From positions 1-64,000 of IMG/VR virus record IMGVR_UViG_3300033066_001102: a stretch of DNA of 64,000 nucleotides; one strand, 5' to 3'. The stretch comes from a virus (taxonomy: Duplodnaviria > Caudoviricetes). Position 1 is the stretch's first letter; each line of letters starts with the position of its first letter. Made by a program: the position numbers and the translations under genes. The notes under the pieces are model-generated. The model was not told where the DNA came from, did not search any database, and was given only the letters and a program-made list of their open reading frames with translations. Of the stretch, positions 46,426 to 57,065 are shown in pieces.

Positions 46426-49400
46426 CTATCTTATTTTAGCAATCGGTTGATAAGATTGATCGTGTGAAGTTAATGCAATCACGGCATCATCCGCATTGGT
46501 AAATATCAACTCGGTAGTCATAGTCTTACCAGATAGATGTTCACCGCTTACATTCCTGCCCATTGTTGGAGTAGTAAATAGAAGGTTTTTATACCTGGAT
46601 TTGGTATCTCCTGAAATTGTCAATCCTTGTGTTTGGGTATCAGTTACCCAATTTACTGTCGTTAGCAAATCATAAGCATCTGGATTGATATTCGTCCAAG
46701 AATTATGAAAAAGTTTATTTACGTCTGGCAGCGGATTCTGAACGAACTTAATTTTTGTCTGTCTATAAGTCCCAAAGTACTTACCCCTTTCACCGACGTT
46801 ATGTACATACCAGTCCAAAGTACCATCCGTTTCTACGGAAGCAGACATCATCAATCCCCTTATAGTAGTATAAACATACGGAACCCAGTCAAAGATGGAA
46901 ACGAAACTTGTAACATGCTCATCTGCACTATAACAGATTGTGGTCCTTGTTTTTTCTTGTCCGTGTGATACTGCGTAAATACTCCAATAGATTTTCTCCC
47001 TAACAGGATCATAACCCCCTGCAATATGACGTGCCTCATCATCCACTGACACATCTTCATAACTAAGATACATCAGGTTGTCATAACTCCATTGCTTCAT
47101 CTCGCAACGAACGGATAGATTCGTTATGCCATCCTGAGCAAATCGAACAAAGGACTTGCTATAGTAATCCGGATAATAAAAAGCCTTTGGCGTTTGGATG
47201 ATCGCATGCGGATGGATACACCCATATTCAGTACTGATAGGATAAGGTTTTTGCCATACTTCCGGTGTTCCAATCGAGATTGCTTGGCCTGCTTCCGTTG
47301 ATAATGCAGTAAGTTCATTGATTCGTAAGCCAAACAACGCCCTTTCTTGAATTGAATACATATTGTTTCCGAAATAGCCTCGACCGGTAATCTTTCCATA
47401 CTGAAGTTCCACGTTTCCACGGTTTCCTGTAAGGAACTGCCTGTAGTTATCATTAAATTCTCCCGGCACCTTAAGCAAGGAGTATAGCCATGTGCCGTCA
47501 AAATCAGTGATCGTAGGATTGATTTCCGATGGCATTGAAACATAAGCCTGGACATTGCTTTCGTGCATTACCACGGAATTTAGATAGAATTCTTCCGGTT
47601 GCCCTTCCATAATTCCTTCCGGGAAATTTTCCGGATCTTCATAACCACACGCTTCGGCCTGACTGCGAATTCCCTTACTTGCAAAATTGCGCCCCCTTCG
47701 AAGTGCTATATTCATACTTGATTCAAGAGGAACAATAACACCTACGCCATAGTCTTGCCAGCAATCGCCATCATGAGTACAATCACCAGGCTTTGGATAT
47801 AATCGTACAAAGTCAAAAAGCCAAGGGTAACAATCCCCACCCCAAACCTCGACTCCATTCAGAATATATCTGTCACCACCGGTACGAACCGCATCAATTG
47901 TTATTGTATCCCCTCCATCCATGTATGTAATATCACTATAAACATTCGTAGGATGCTCAACAGTAATGATTGTAGTAGTTGTGCTGAAATCACCAAGGGA
48001 AAGCGAATCAAGCCATGTTGTTAATTCGGAAAGAGAGGTAACGCCAGATGATGTGTGCGGAGTACCATTTATAGTTATAGTAAATGCTGTTGATGAAAAG
48101 GAATCAGACTCAAATGTCCATGTATAACGGTAATCTGATTTAATGTCATCGAGCACGTCCTGATTAATTGGCTGAATATGTCCAGTTCCGATGTAAACAC
48201 GCTCCTCTAATGAACTTTGATTTGGATCAGTATAATACGATGGCTGCTTTACAATGTAATTAGCAACATAATATGCCGCATAATTAGTTAAATCTGCCCC
48301 TGCAGCTGCAAAAGTAAGATTCTTAAAGTCCTTGGTTTTCAGAATCCATACCTGACGAACCCCCTGCGCATGCGGATTACCACAAGAACCATCAATATCA
48401 TCCATATTGGCATCATTGCGAAACTTAAGGTCTGTATTATCTTCATCGTACCCGGAAGAATCATACTCATTGAATAACGATACAGTTTGCATCCTCTTAA
48501 CACGCGATTTTTTCCCGTATTCATAGAGCTTTTCGGATAAAGTTGCATTCCCATCTATAACAACATTCTTTGTATAGTATTTCCGATAATTTCCTTCTAA
48601 TTGAGTAACGCCGGGCATATCGCTGCCTTGTTTGTATGCTTCCGGAACACCATAAAGAGCGACAAGATTCATACGGTCAACATCAAAGACAACATCATCC
48701 TGAGAGGTTCCTTCAAAAATATTTCGCTCAAACAATAAATCTGGACTATAGAACATACCAGTATAAGGACGTGAAGCAATATCCAAAGAATTGCTTTCAT
48801 AACCATATATTCTACTATCAGGCACAACCGAATAAGGATCCGTGAAATCATTGCTCGGGAGAGGAAGTGGTTGCGTCGAATTATCTTGATCCTCACTATT
48901 CTTTTCTATCACTGCAGGTAATAACAATCCCTGACATAATATTTGTGGTTTCCTTTTACAGCGAACGATTAAGACGGCACTTACTTGTAATTTCCCATCA
49001 GAATCAAATAAAATATCAGTGATATCAAGCCCACTAATTTTTAAGCCAAGCAAGTTGATATTTTCAGTATCAGTATCGTTCATCAGCTGATACTCATTAC
49101 CAGTACCATCATATCTATCTGGGAAAGTGTAATCCTTTATGTGTTTAGCGTAAAATTTGTTACCCTTAAGATCTAATGCAACCAATGCAAAAGGATATGT
49201 TTCGCCACCCCAATAGCTACTAAAAGCATGTTCAAATTGAACTCCTTTATAATTTAGATAGTCATTTATAACAGGAAGACTTACCGTTTTGGATGCTGAT
49301 AACCGATCAATATACAATTGTTGCGTTAAGGTGCCTTCATCAGTAATTTCAACATCTGTAAGCGGTACACTTGTTTCAGCCTTTAATTCATCAACACTCA

Positions 49401-50532
49401 TTTCTTTTATAAATGGCTCGAATGTAGCTGAAGATAAATCCAAATCATACGGGCCATATGTTTTAACACCACCCGTCCATAACCGGTTATCCTTCTGTCC
49501 GATGGCAGCAACCCTACGAATTGGAACAATGTATTTATTAAATTCCTGCAGCGAAACCGGTATTCCGGACGTATTGGTAAAGTTCACCGTCACATCTTCT
49601 AATTCCGGATCGATAACTTCCCTGTAAAAAATAGATGCCTCAACTGTAGTGTCCTTGTCAGTAGAATAGACATAAGCGACTTCTAACTGATAAAACCTTG
49701 TGTCAACACCTTGAATCTCGAACTGATAGCCAACACCTGTCACCACATTAGACGCATACATCGAACGGTCGTGCATGCTTTCCAGTTCTTCCGGATCCAA
49801 GGTGACAAAGTAATGCCTGGTAAGTGGTGTCCACGGCGTTTTATATCCGTCACGAGTAATAAGCCGGTAGGAAAACTCATACATCCCGGTTTTCAGTGTT
49901 CCTTCAAGAGTGGTATCCTTAAGAACGATTCTTCCAACGGCCATATCTGGCTGCAAGGCCAACGAATGTACAGAATAGAACCACGGATATTTACCTGAGC
50001 CAAGAGGCGTATAATCTCCTTCCGTGAATTCTTCACTGATACTTTGAAGTCCAACCTTATGATTCAGACAGCGAGGTTCCGCATTCTTTGTATTCCAATA
50101 AACACGCTCAATATTTTTTGATTCAATACATGGTTCAATATTAATAATCAGGTTTTCATTATTGAAATCCAGCTTATCCCCATTGGGGTCAAACTCGTCA
50201 TTGAATATCGTTGTGTACGTCGATGTGTACCCATTCACATCCAATTTTACGATTCCAATCTCTGAAAAACCCGTGTTTTCATTGGCGGCAAAAATGATAG
50301 AGTAATCCAGTATTTCCCGGCCACCAACTGGCACATATCCTTCCGGAAGCATTTCGCTCAATGCAATATTGCCACGCTCGTTAGTAAATTGCGCATCACC
50401 GGCACCGGTAAAGACAATATCTCCATTTAGCGCATAAATATAACTTCCATGATCTTGTGCAGATAGTGTACGATCCATCCGGAGCCCCTTGCTAAAGGTA
50501 TTGGTGAATATGTGTTTACCACGTTGCTGCAT
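46426..50532 (-). CDS. Tail muzzle/stabilization protein (crAss-like, P22 gp10-type position)
   Basis: NTFSKGLRMD...ALNG..NERGN start, GMYEFSYRL, GETYPFALV, GGDCY, YGCIHP and YYPDY segments typical of this family. Confidence 0.75.
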   Translation of the reverse strand: MQQRGKHIFTNTFSKGLRMDRTLSAQDHGSYIYALNGDIVFTGAGDAQFTNERGNIALSEMLPEGYVPVGGREILDYSIIFAANENTGFSEIGIVKLDVNGYTSTYTTIFNDEFDPNGDKLDFNNENLIINIEPCIESKNIERVYWNTKNAEPRCLNHKVGLQSISEEFTEGDYTPLGSGKYPWFYSVHSLALQPDMAVGRIVLKDTTLEGTLKTGMYEFSYRLITRDGYKTPWTPLTRHYFVTLDPEELESMHDRSMYASNVVTGVGYQFEIQGVDTRFYQLEVAYVYSTDKDTTVEASIFYREVIDPELEDVTVNFTNTSGIPVSLQEFNKYIVPIRRVAAIGQKDNRLWTGGVKTYGPYDLDLSSATFEPFIKEMSVDELKAETSVPLTDVEITDEGTLTQQLYIDRLSASKTVSLPVINDYLNYKGVQFEHAFSSYWGGETYPFALVALDLKGNKFYAKHIKDYTFPDRYDGTGNEYQLMNDTDTENINLLGLKISGLDITDILFDSDGKLQVSAVLIVRCKRKPQILCQGLLLPAVIEKNSEDQDNSTQPLPLPSNDFTDPYSVVPDSRIYGYESNSLDIASRPYTGMFYSPDLLFERNIFEGTSQDDVVFDVDRMNLVALYGVPEAYKQGSDMPGVTQLEGNYRKYYTKNVVIDGNATLSEKLYEYGKKSRVKRMQTVSLFNEYDSSGYDEDNTDLKFRNDANMDDIDGSCGNPHAQGVRQVWILKTKDFKNLTFAAAGADLTNYAAYYVANYIVKQPSYYTDPNQSSLEERVYIGTGHIQPINQDVLDDIKSDYRYTWTFESDSFSSTAFTITINGTPHTSSGVTSLSELTTWLDSLSLGDFSTTTTIITVEHPTNVYSDITYMDGGDTITIDAVRTGGDRYILNGVEVWGGDCYPWLFDFVRLYPKPGDCTHDGDCWQDYGVGVIVPLESSMNIALRRGRNFASKGIRSQAEACGYEDPENFPEGIMEGQPEEFYLNSVVMHESNVQAYVSMPSEINPTITDFDGTWLYSLLKVPGEFNDNYRQFLTGNRGNVELQYGKITGRGYFGNNMYSIQERALFGLRINELTALSTEAGQAISIGTPEVWQKPYPISTEYGCIHPHAIIQTPKAFYYPDYYSKSFVRFAQDGITNLSVRCEMKQWSYDNLMYLSYEDVSVDDEARHIAGGYDPVREKIYWSIYAVSHGQEKTRTTICYSADEHVTSFVSIFDWVPYVYTTIRGLMMSASVETDGTLDWYVHNVGERGKYFGTYRQTKIKFVQNPLPDVNKLFHNSWTNINPDAYDLLTTVNWVTDTQTQGLTISGDTKSRYKNLLFTTPTMGRNVSGEHLSGKTMTTELIFTNADDAVIALTSHDQSYQPIAKIR

Positions 50533-51182
50533 TATCTAAGAACAAATTTGAATGGTGAACTTGTCACGTCAGATGCTAATTTAACATTGAAGAACTTCGG
50601 TACATTGTCGCGTGATCTTGTATAAAGCGACTGGCTTTCCCAGTTTTGCTTATTAATTTGATACACATTGGCCCCAATCTGTCCGCTATTCATTTCACCG
50701 AGCTTGAACATGGTATTTACATAGGCCATGTATGCTTCAACATGATCTTCCATCACCATCGGAAGGCCATCACGGTCCAATTCAAGCGACCAGTAGCTAA
50801 AACTGATAGTTCCTGTTTTGTACGGACAATCAACGACGTTATCATGGAAACTGAAATAACCACCTTGCTCATGTATGAATGTATAACCACAATGACAAGG
50901 AGAACACCGGCATTGGCAGCACGTCATATCGAACAATCGAGGATCGAGGCAGAGATCCAAAATCTGGTTTTCTTTAAAGAATCCAACCGGAAGCATCGCT
51001 TGACCTCTTTCAACTGGGACGTTGATTGCATTTTTTCCGTGCAATGCGTTTTCCGATAACCCAAGGTTTGTTTCAACCATCCCAACCATTTGTGCCAGTT
51101 CTGGCAAAAACTGATCAATATCAGGTCTTCCAGAAGTTATCTTCAGCAGCGGTAGTATTGATTCTAAGGAACGGTATCTCAT
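50532..51182 (-). CDS. Putative tail ring (tubular) protein
   Basis: VERGQAMLP and SYWSLELDRDGLPMV...EAYMAY; position before the muzzle. Confidence 0.6.
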   Translation of the reverse strand: MRYRSLESILPLLKITSGRPDIDQFLPELAQMVGMVETNLGLSENALHGKNAINVPVERGQAMLPVGFFKENQILDLCLDPRLFDMTCCQCRCSPCHCGYTFIHEQGGYFSFHDNVVDCPYKTGTISFSYWSLELDRDGLPMVMEDHVEAYMAYVNTMFKLGEMNSGQIGANVYQINKQNWESQSLYTRSRDNVPKFFNVKLASDVTSSPFKFVLR

Positions 51183-51910
51183 ACAATCCGAACGGTTTTT
51201 TGCATTTGTGACTGTCTGTCGTCACGGTTGTTATTGGTCTGATCACTTAGGAACTGCATGGAAATATTCATCTCTCTGGAAAGAATCAGCATCTTAATTT
51301 CCGACATCATATCATCGGTTACCGGATAGATATCATTGGTCTTGTCGTAACAGCATACGGCTGAACTAAGGGACTTCTTGTAGCATGCAGTCGTGGGATC
51401 CGCAACGATCATGCGCACATTGATATAACACATATCCATGTATAATTCAGAGTCCTGAGTAGCCACGTAAAGCGCATTGGTACCCACTCGCCATGCAAAG
51501 ACAAACTTTTCAGAGAATGGCGCTGCGAGTTTTCCACCCAGTTCATTAGGTGAATCAAGGATGATAAACTTCTTCCGTTTATTGATCACACCCACATAAT
51601 CCAGAGCGCCTTCGATTTCCAGTGGTGCGGGGATGATGGCCTTTGAAACATAACTGCCGGTTGGAAGTCCGGAACATTCACTTTGGTCAACACAATCCAG
51701 TAAGATGCAGCCCAGATCCTGTACCAGTGATTGCTTTACCTTGAGGTACATCTTACGGTCCCGCTTCAGTGTCTGCGTAACAATGGTTGCCCGATATTCC
51801 CTGATCCACTTCTCTACCTCCCTGGAATCAATTGCTTCACGGCGCTTTACTGCACCGAGCTTGTTTGCAATGCCGATGATGTCGTATGTATGTGCCCGAA
51901 GCGTGTCCAT
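51179..51910 (-). CDS. Putative tail ring (tubular) protein (start revised to 51910)
   Basis: VEKWIREYRA...QDLGCILL..VD...NVRMIVADP...YPV; the 51970 start falls at a terminator hairpin. Confidence 0.65.
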   Translation of the reverse strand: MDTLRAHTYDIIGIANKLGAVKRREAIDSREVEKWIREYRATIVTQTLKRDRKMYLKVKQSLVQDLGCILLDCVDQSECSGLPTGSYVSKAIIPAPLEIEGALDYVGVINKRKKFIILDSPNELGGKLAAPFSEKFVFAWRVGTNALYVATQDSELYMDMCYINVRMIVADPTTACYKKSLSSAVCCYDKTNDIYPVTDDMMSEIKMLILSREMNISMQFLSDQTNNNRDDRQSQMQKTVRIV

Positions 51911-51929
51911 TACCTTGCTGGTTGAGAGT

Positions 51930-51968
51930 AAGAAATAAAGGGGCAACCATGTTTTGCATAGCTGCCCC
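51930..51968 (-). terminator. Intrinsic terminator downstream of the 51991-52872 gene
   Basis: Minus strand GGGGCAGCTATG-CAAAA-CATGGTTGCCCC followed by TTTATTTCTT. Confidence 0.7.
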
Positions 51969-51990
51969 ATTTTAAACTATAGGCAAACGA

Positions 51991-52872
51991 TTATGAGCAA
52001 GGGCAACCTTGGTGAATCACCTGATGGTATTTGGCTGCAGTAGCCGTTCCACCGAGGATCGCGCAAAGTGCGGTGCTGATCGTTGTACCCAATGATGCTG
52101 ACTCGGCAGTACCACCTTCCTGGATTACGAGCCATAACACATGCTTTTTCAGCACGGCTCCACCACTTTCCCTGTTAAAGGAAGGCAGATCGCCGGTGTC
52201 GATGCTGTAATAAGGAATCTCAACCACCAGGTATGAAGTGCTGTCGCTGTCTTCAATGCCGTCATCGGTAGTCCATCCACCGAATTCGATGAAGTCAGAG
52301 CCACGACCGAAGTTGATCCTGTTGGCAGTGGTGATCGCTACAGACTGAATAGCAGTGTTCACCTTCGTCAAAAAGTCCTGTCCTGCAGTTACAGCAGTCA
52401 GGCGAAGATGATTACTGGAATTTGATGCTGTAACAATCCTGTCCGGATCCGCATTGATCTTGGTCACAAACTTATCCGTGAAGGTTGATTCAGTCCATGT
52501 TGTGGATGTCAGGTAGTCAACCGAATAGGTTTTAGTCTGCCATTCACCTGATGTCAGGTCCTTCCAGCTGAGCGTAACGTGATAGGTTGCAACATCGCGA
52601 TCGGTGAATGTTTGTGGCAATACCGATGTGGTGATGGTGTCAACTTCCGCAACAGCCGTTTGAGGGCAAAGCACTTTCACTTTGTCCATGCGATCGATCA
52701 GGGGCCAACTGATCAGAAACGACTTGTCCGTTTGGTCATCCGTGAGGGTGAGGACGCCGTCTTCGATGCCATAAGTGAGGGTATCGCCGTTATTTAGGAC
52801 GATGAACTCCTTTGGCTTTCCGGGCCATTGCTGCACCGGAGAACAGTGCAGGTTATTAGGGTTTGTATCCAT
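51991..52872 (-). CDS. Putative auxiliary capsid or decoration protein
   Basis: Thr-rich beta protein; position between ring genes after the capsid gene, as in crAss-like phages. Confidence 0.5.
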   Translation of the reverse strand: MDTNPNNLHCSPVQQWPGKPKEFIVLNNGDTLTYGIEDGVLTLTDDQTDKSFLISWPLIDRMDKVKVLCPQTAVAEVDTITTSVLPQTFTDRDVATYHVTLSWKDLTSGEWQTKTYSVDYLTSTTWTESTFTDKFVTKINADPDRIVTASNSSNHLRLTAVTAGQDFLTKVNTAIQSVAITTANRINFGRGSDFIEFGGWTTDDGIEDSDSTSYLVVEIPYYSIDTGDLPSFNRESGGAVLKKHVLWLVIQEGGTAESASLGTTISTALCAILGGTATAAKYHQVIHQGCPCS

Positions 52873-52888
52873 TATTTTAATGATTTTA

Positions 52889-53548
52889 CTATGTTAACTG
52901 AATTTGTGTGTCTTTATTCGTTTCTGCTTGCGTGATGGGCCTTCGCTCATCGAGGTTTATTCCGCATTGTTTATCCACTGCCCTTTTTATAATCCTCCAG
53001 TCGCCACCTTCGCCAATCTCAGGAGATCCGGTAATTGTTGCCAATACTGTTGGATTCCTGTAGTAAAAGGCATCTACCGTGGCAGGAGCAGAGTAGCAAT
53101 GAATAGTGACTTTTTTTTTCGATGCGCCGGCATCATACCATACGCTGTATTTCGGATGGTCATTGTCCGGCTTGCGTAACGGATTGTAAAAATCGCTGCG
53201 CTCATTCATTGAAAGGAATTCGATGTTTCGGGATTCTGCGGTATTGCTACATGACTGAATAAAATTTCCACGAAGGCTGGCAATCCACCGTGCACCACCC
53301 GGGAAATTGGTAGTATCGATGTAAAAGATAACACCCGTAAGTGTAATCCCAATAGCCGGACGTAACAACGGAGCAAGGAGTTGGATCGCACTTTCATCCT
53401 TTTCGGACAGCAGTTTAATCCATTCCTCAAACAGTTCATCGTAGGTTTCGTTGAGCAGGCCAACCATTTCGGTATCATCTACCATTGGCGAAGCCGACTC
53501 AACGAGCTTACGATTTATTTGATCAGCTATTTGCTGCCACGTTTGCAT
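52889..53548 (-). CDS. Putative head-tail ring/adaptor protein
   Basis: EMVGLLNE...LAPLL...NPLRKP...YYRNP pattern. Confidence 0.6.
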   Translation of the reverse strand: MQTWQQIADQINRKLVESASPMVDDTEMVGLLNETYDELFEEWIKLLSEKDESAIQLLAPLLRPAIGITLTGVIFYIDTTNFPGGARWIASLRGNFIQSCSNTAESRNIEFLSMNERSDFYNPLRKPDNDHPKYSVWYDAGASKKKVTIHCYSAPATVDAFYYRNPTVLATITGSPEIGEGGDWRIIKRAVDKQCGINLDERRPITQAETNKDTQIQLT

Positions 53549-54344
53549 CCTTTAAAAACTTTGGTTTCAGTGAAGCAAAAATATTAGGTTGATCCTTCAG
53601 CCAAACTACTACGGCATCAAGATCCATCCCGATTCCGGCATTCTCGTATTTATAAACGCCGTTATCAAACTTCAACATTCCTTTCATCAGCATGCCTGCA
53701 ACAACCAAATGATAATCAAGATCAGACGACAACAGCTTGTCTTGAACGTCCTTTGAGGTATATAACATGCCTTCCGTATGTGCGGGGGTATGAACCAATT
53801 CGATAAGTGCATTTAGCACATCATCGTAACCCATATCTTTTCCGGAAGCGCCAAATAGATAACCGAATAGCAATAGCCGATCCGGTTCCATTTCCTCAAT
53901 AGTGACCTCCATTTTACGAAGCTGCTGGCGATTAAGAGTATTCTTTTTCGCTTCTTCGGTAGCATTAACCATGTAAAGCAATTTCCGCTTTGGATTTAAC
54001 CGGTCATGCCCCAACCATGGTCCTCCAGGCTTAGTATCACCGATTAAAAATTCATATACTGCCTTATGCCACGGATTCCTTGGCTCACCTTTTTCGTTTA
54101 CAGAGGTGTCCAACTTATAATCCTTATAGGCAAAAACGGTAAATGATTTCGGCTCATTTGTCCTGGGATCTATAAGTATCCGCATGGTACCATTTCGATC
54201 CTTGTAAGCACGGAAACGCTGATCGCCAGCCGTCACCTTATTATTGTGGCTTTTAAACCACTTGATCCAGATTACATCTGAAGTAGAGGATGCTGCCAGG
54301 GCTTTGGTCTTGCTTCCTCCTGTTTTTGTTGCTGTTTCAGCCAT
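53523..54344 (-). CDS. Conserved crAss-like protein immediately after the major capsid gene
   Basis: Position; LKFDNGVYKY...IGMDLDAVVVWLKD C-terminus. Confidence 0.55.
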   Translation of the reverse strand: MAETATKTGGSKTKALAASSTSDVIWIKWFKSHNNKVTAGDQRFRAYKDRNGTMRILIDPRTNEPKSFTVFAYKDYKLDTSVNEKGEPRNPWHKAVYEFLIGDTKPGGPWLGHDRLNPKRKLLYMVNATEEAKKNTLNRQQLRKMEVTIEEMEPDRLLLFGYLFGASGKDMGYDDVLNALIELVHTPAHTEGMLYTSKDVQDKLLSSDLDYHLVVAGMLMKGMLKFDNGVYKYENAGIGMDLDAVVVWLKDQPNIFASLKPKFLKDANVAANS

Positions 54345-54388
54345 GATGATTTTTTTAAAAAAGGGTTAGTGAATAAACAAATTGAAAA

Positions 54389-55825
54389 TTAACCTACGCA
54401 GTACCACGCTGCCACGCCATTAATTTTGCGTAACACCGTCATACCTTCGGAAAGCCATTCAGCAGAGTAACCGTCACGGGCGTTGGATGAAAAAATCTTC
54501 ATCGGATCGATCGGATTTACCATACCGTCAACGATTTTGCAAATCAGGCGACGGTCAATGCCGTTTGCCTTCTTCACCTTACGCTGCAGCGTAGGAATCT
54601 GCTTACCGGTGTCGCTCACACTCATGTTGCCGTCCACAAAGAAGTAGGATTGGCCAAGCAGCGATAATCCTTCATCATCGGTATCGTTGTTCAGAGGATC
54701 GGTAAGTACCGGATTTTCGAATACGGTGATATCGCAGTTCAACAGGTGAACCGTAACAATATCCTCACCAACGATCACTTTCCTTCCGGAATCCATCGTG
54801 TAAACAATACCACGGTTTCCATTATGGAGATAATCATTTGCAAGCAGCCTGTACCATTCAGCCACTCCGCCGGCACCGGTATGTACGGTAATTTTTCCAC
54901 CGTTGATACCTGCGGAGATTTTGAAGTCGCGGATAAAATTCAGCAGCTTATCGCGTGTCAGCGTTCCTTTTGCAAACTCATCCGTCATAGATGCGCTAAT
55001 TTGCTCAAGGAAGCCGTTACCACGGATGATCTTTTTGGAATCCTTATCGGTCTTCTGAGAGAATCCGTCAGTGCTCATGGTTGTTTTACCAAACCATGCA
55101 TCCTTTTCAAGTTCCCATAAAAAACCACCGTCCTGAGAACCGAATTGATCCATGAATTCCTGCGGAGTAGATCCAATCATCCACATCTTAGCGGCTTTCG
55201 GACCGTTACCTTTTTGAATCCAGAGGATTGAGGACGCTGCATCACCGGTTACTGTTTTGGCAGAACGGGAGATAGTTGTCCAGTTAGCCATCCAGTCCAT
55301 AAAGTTCTGTGCTCCATATCCTTTTTCGCTGTACTCCGTGTTGGAGTTTGCGACCTTACCCATGCGACGGCCTCCATAAAACTCAGAACTGTCGATGGTA
55401 TCGGTTGGATCACCGGACATCAGTTTGAACGGAACGCGGTACCCTTTCACGGTTTTCACACCGTAGTCATTTGCACGAAGCAATGCAGTACCGACTTTAT
55501 ATTCCCATGTAGGACGGGCGTAATCTTCTTCGACCTCCACGTAGATGATGCTGTCACCAGCGCCATCACCGATCGGGGCGGTATCTGTCATGGTAAGCGG
55601 ACGATCCTTTCGTCCCATAACAGGAAACTCAAACTTCTTGTCACCAATACCTTCTACATCAGCTTCAGTGAATGGTGCGGTAATGTTGGTGAGGGAATAT
55701 TGCGGCTGCGTCATCAGCAGGTCCATCGCAATTTCCGGGTAAATAGTATGATTGGCGTAAAGCGAATTCATCGCTGTTATTCCGTCCGGATCATACGTTC
55801 CCTTAAAGATTTTTATTTGTGGCAT
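54389..55825 (-). CDS. Major capsid protein (Crassvirales-like)
   Basis: N-terminal NSL.A....PE...L...L...KFEFPVMGRKDRPL resembles the crAss MCP start; G.GFLEQI, TGAGG, ENPVL and DGY...LSEG C-terminal motifs. Confidence 0.85.
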   Translation of the reverse strand: MPQIKIFKGTYDPDGITAMNSLYANHTIYPEIAMDLLMTQPQYSLTNITAPFTEADVEGIGDKKFEFPVMGRKDRPLTMTDTAPIGDGAGDSIIYVEVEEDYARPTWEYKVGTALLRANDYGVKTVKGYRVPFKLMSGDPTDTIDSSEFYGGRRMGKVANSNTEYSEKGYGAQNFMDWMANWTTISRSAKTVTGDAASSILWIQKGNGPKAAKMWMIGSTPQEFMDQFGSQDGGFLWELEKDAWFGKTTMSTDGFSQKTDKDSKKIIRGNGFLEQISASMTDEFAKGTLTRDKLLNFIRDFKISAGINGGKITVHTGAGGVAEWYRLLANDYLHNGNRGIVYTMDSGRKVIVGEDIVTVHLLNCDITVFENPVLTDPLNNDTDDEGLSLLGQSYFFVDGNMSVSDTGKQIPTLQRKVKKANGIDRRLICKIVDGMVNPIDPMKIFSSNARDGYSAEWLSEGMTVLRKINGVAAWYCVG

Positions 55826-55890
55826 TGTGAGTCCATAATTAACCCATACATGCAGTTAACATACACATCCCCATGTAAGAAAGGCTATGA

Positions 55891-57030
55891 CTATCCTTCG
55901 TCTTCCGGATCATTCCACCGGTTAATGTCGAAGGTGCCTTCTTTGGTGCCACGAGTGGCAACCTCAGTAGCTATTCTTTGGTTGTAGCTTTTATTCAAAA
56001 TCTTTTCTTCAACATTCGTCTTGTAGCTCGACTTATGCCCACGCCTGAATCCATCCGTCCTCTCACCTCTTAGAAGTTTGTTGAGAATTTTCTTACCGAA
56101 TTTCGCAGCAAAGGCGGCCTCGGTGAAAAATTTGGGATCGTTGCGCATTTTAGCGACTCCATCGGGATTTTTAATCATAGCCTGGAACTCTTTAAGCTCT
56201 GCAATGAATGGCTTCAATGGGATTCCGAACATAGTTTTTAAGTTCAGAACTTCTTCCTTTACGCCATCAGAAAAATGTGATTCAAGTTTTGCTTTGGCTT
56301 CTTGTTGTTTGACGTGAGCATCCACGATACGTTTCCTGTAAGACTTTAGGGATGACAATATTTCGGGAGTTTGCGTACCAATCCAGTCTTCACCGTAAAG
56401 ATCAACATTCTTTTCGATGTAGGTTTCGGCATCATTTTCTTCCCAACCCTTCTCCTTTACAAGCCACGTTTTTAATAGCTCACGCTCAGGTAATTTCATT
56501 ACAGCGTCGATTCCTGCCGTTGGAGCAGAAGCACCATTTTCAGCAGCGACAATCCTTTGTTTTAATAAGGCGATAAGTTGCTCAGGATTCTGAGCGTCAC
56601 CTATCTCAAGTTCTTTTGAAATGCGACCGATCAAATCAGTAGCATCAATTTTTTGATCTTTTTGATCTGATTTTTCCTTTTCTAACTCAGTTTCGGCACC
56701 ACCATCATCATCAAGAGAAAAATCATTGTCATCCGTACCTGCCAGTTCCTTCAGCACATTGTCTTCATCATCATTCATTCCTGCACCATCATCGGTACCT
56801 GGCACTTTTACTTTTGGTTCACCCTTTTTCTCAACTGTTACTTTATTCTGTGCTCCAAGGTCAATCTCTCCAGGTTTTTCTTTTTCTTCATTCTCTTCAC
56901 CATCCGGATTATCATTCCATCCTTTGATGTCAAACTTGCCTTCAGTATTTTCTGCAGGATCATGTTTGCCCAAGACAATAACGTCATTATCTTCATGTAC
57001 TTCATCTTTTGATTGATTCCCTGGTGTCAT
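55891..57030 (-). CDS. Putative capsid scaffolding protein
   Basis: Highly acidic N-half, helical C-half, directly upstream of the MCP. Confidence 0.65.
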   Translation of the reverse strand: MTPGNQSKDEVHEDNDVIVLGKHDPAENTEGKFDIKGWNDNPDGEENEEKEKPGEIDLGAQNKVTVEKKGEPKVKVPGTDDGAGMNDDEDNVLKELAGTDDNDFSLDDDGGAETELEKEKSDQKDQKIDATDLIGRISKELEIGDAQNPEQLIALLKQRIVAAENGASAPTAGIDAVMKLPERELLKTWLVKEKGWEENDAETYIEKNVDLYGEDWIGTQTPEILSSLKSYRKRIVDAHVKQQEAKAKLESHFSDGVKEEVLNLKTMFGIPLKPFIAELKEFQAMIKNPDGVAKMRNDPKFFTEAAFAAKFGKKILNKLLRGERTDGFRRGHKSSYKTNVEEKILNKSYNQRIATEVATRGTKEGTFDINRWNDPEDEG

Positions 57031-57065
57031 GACTTGCTAATTTTCAGTTAAAGATATAAACTTTA

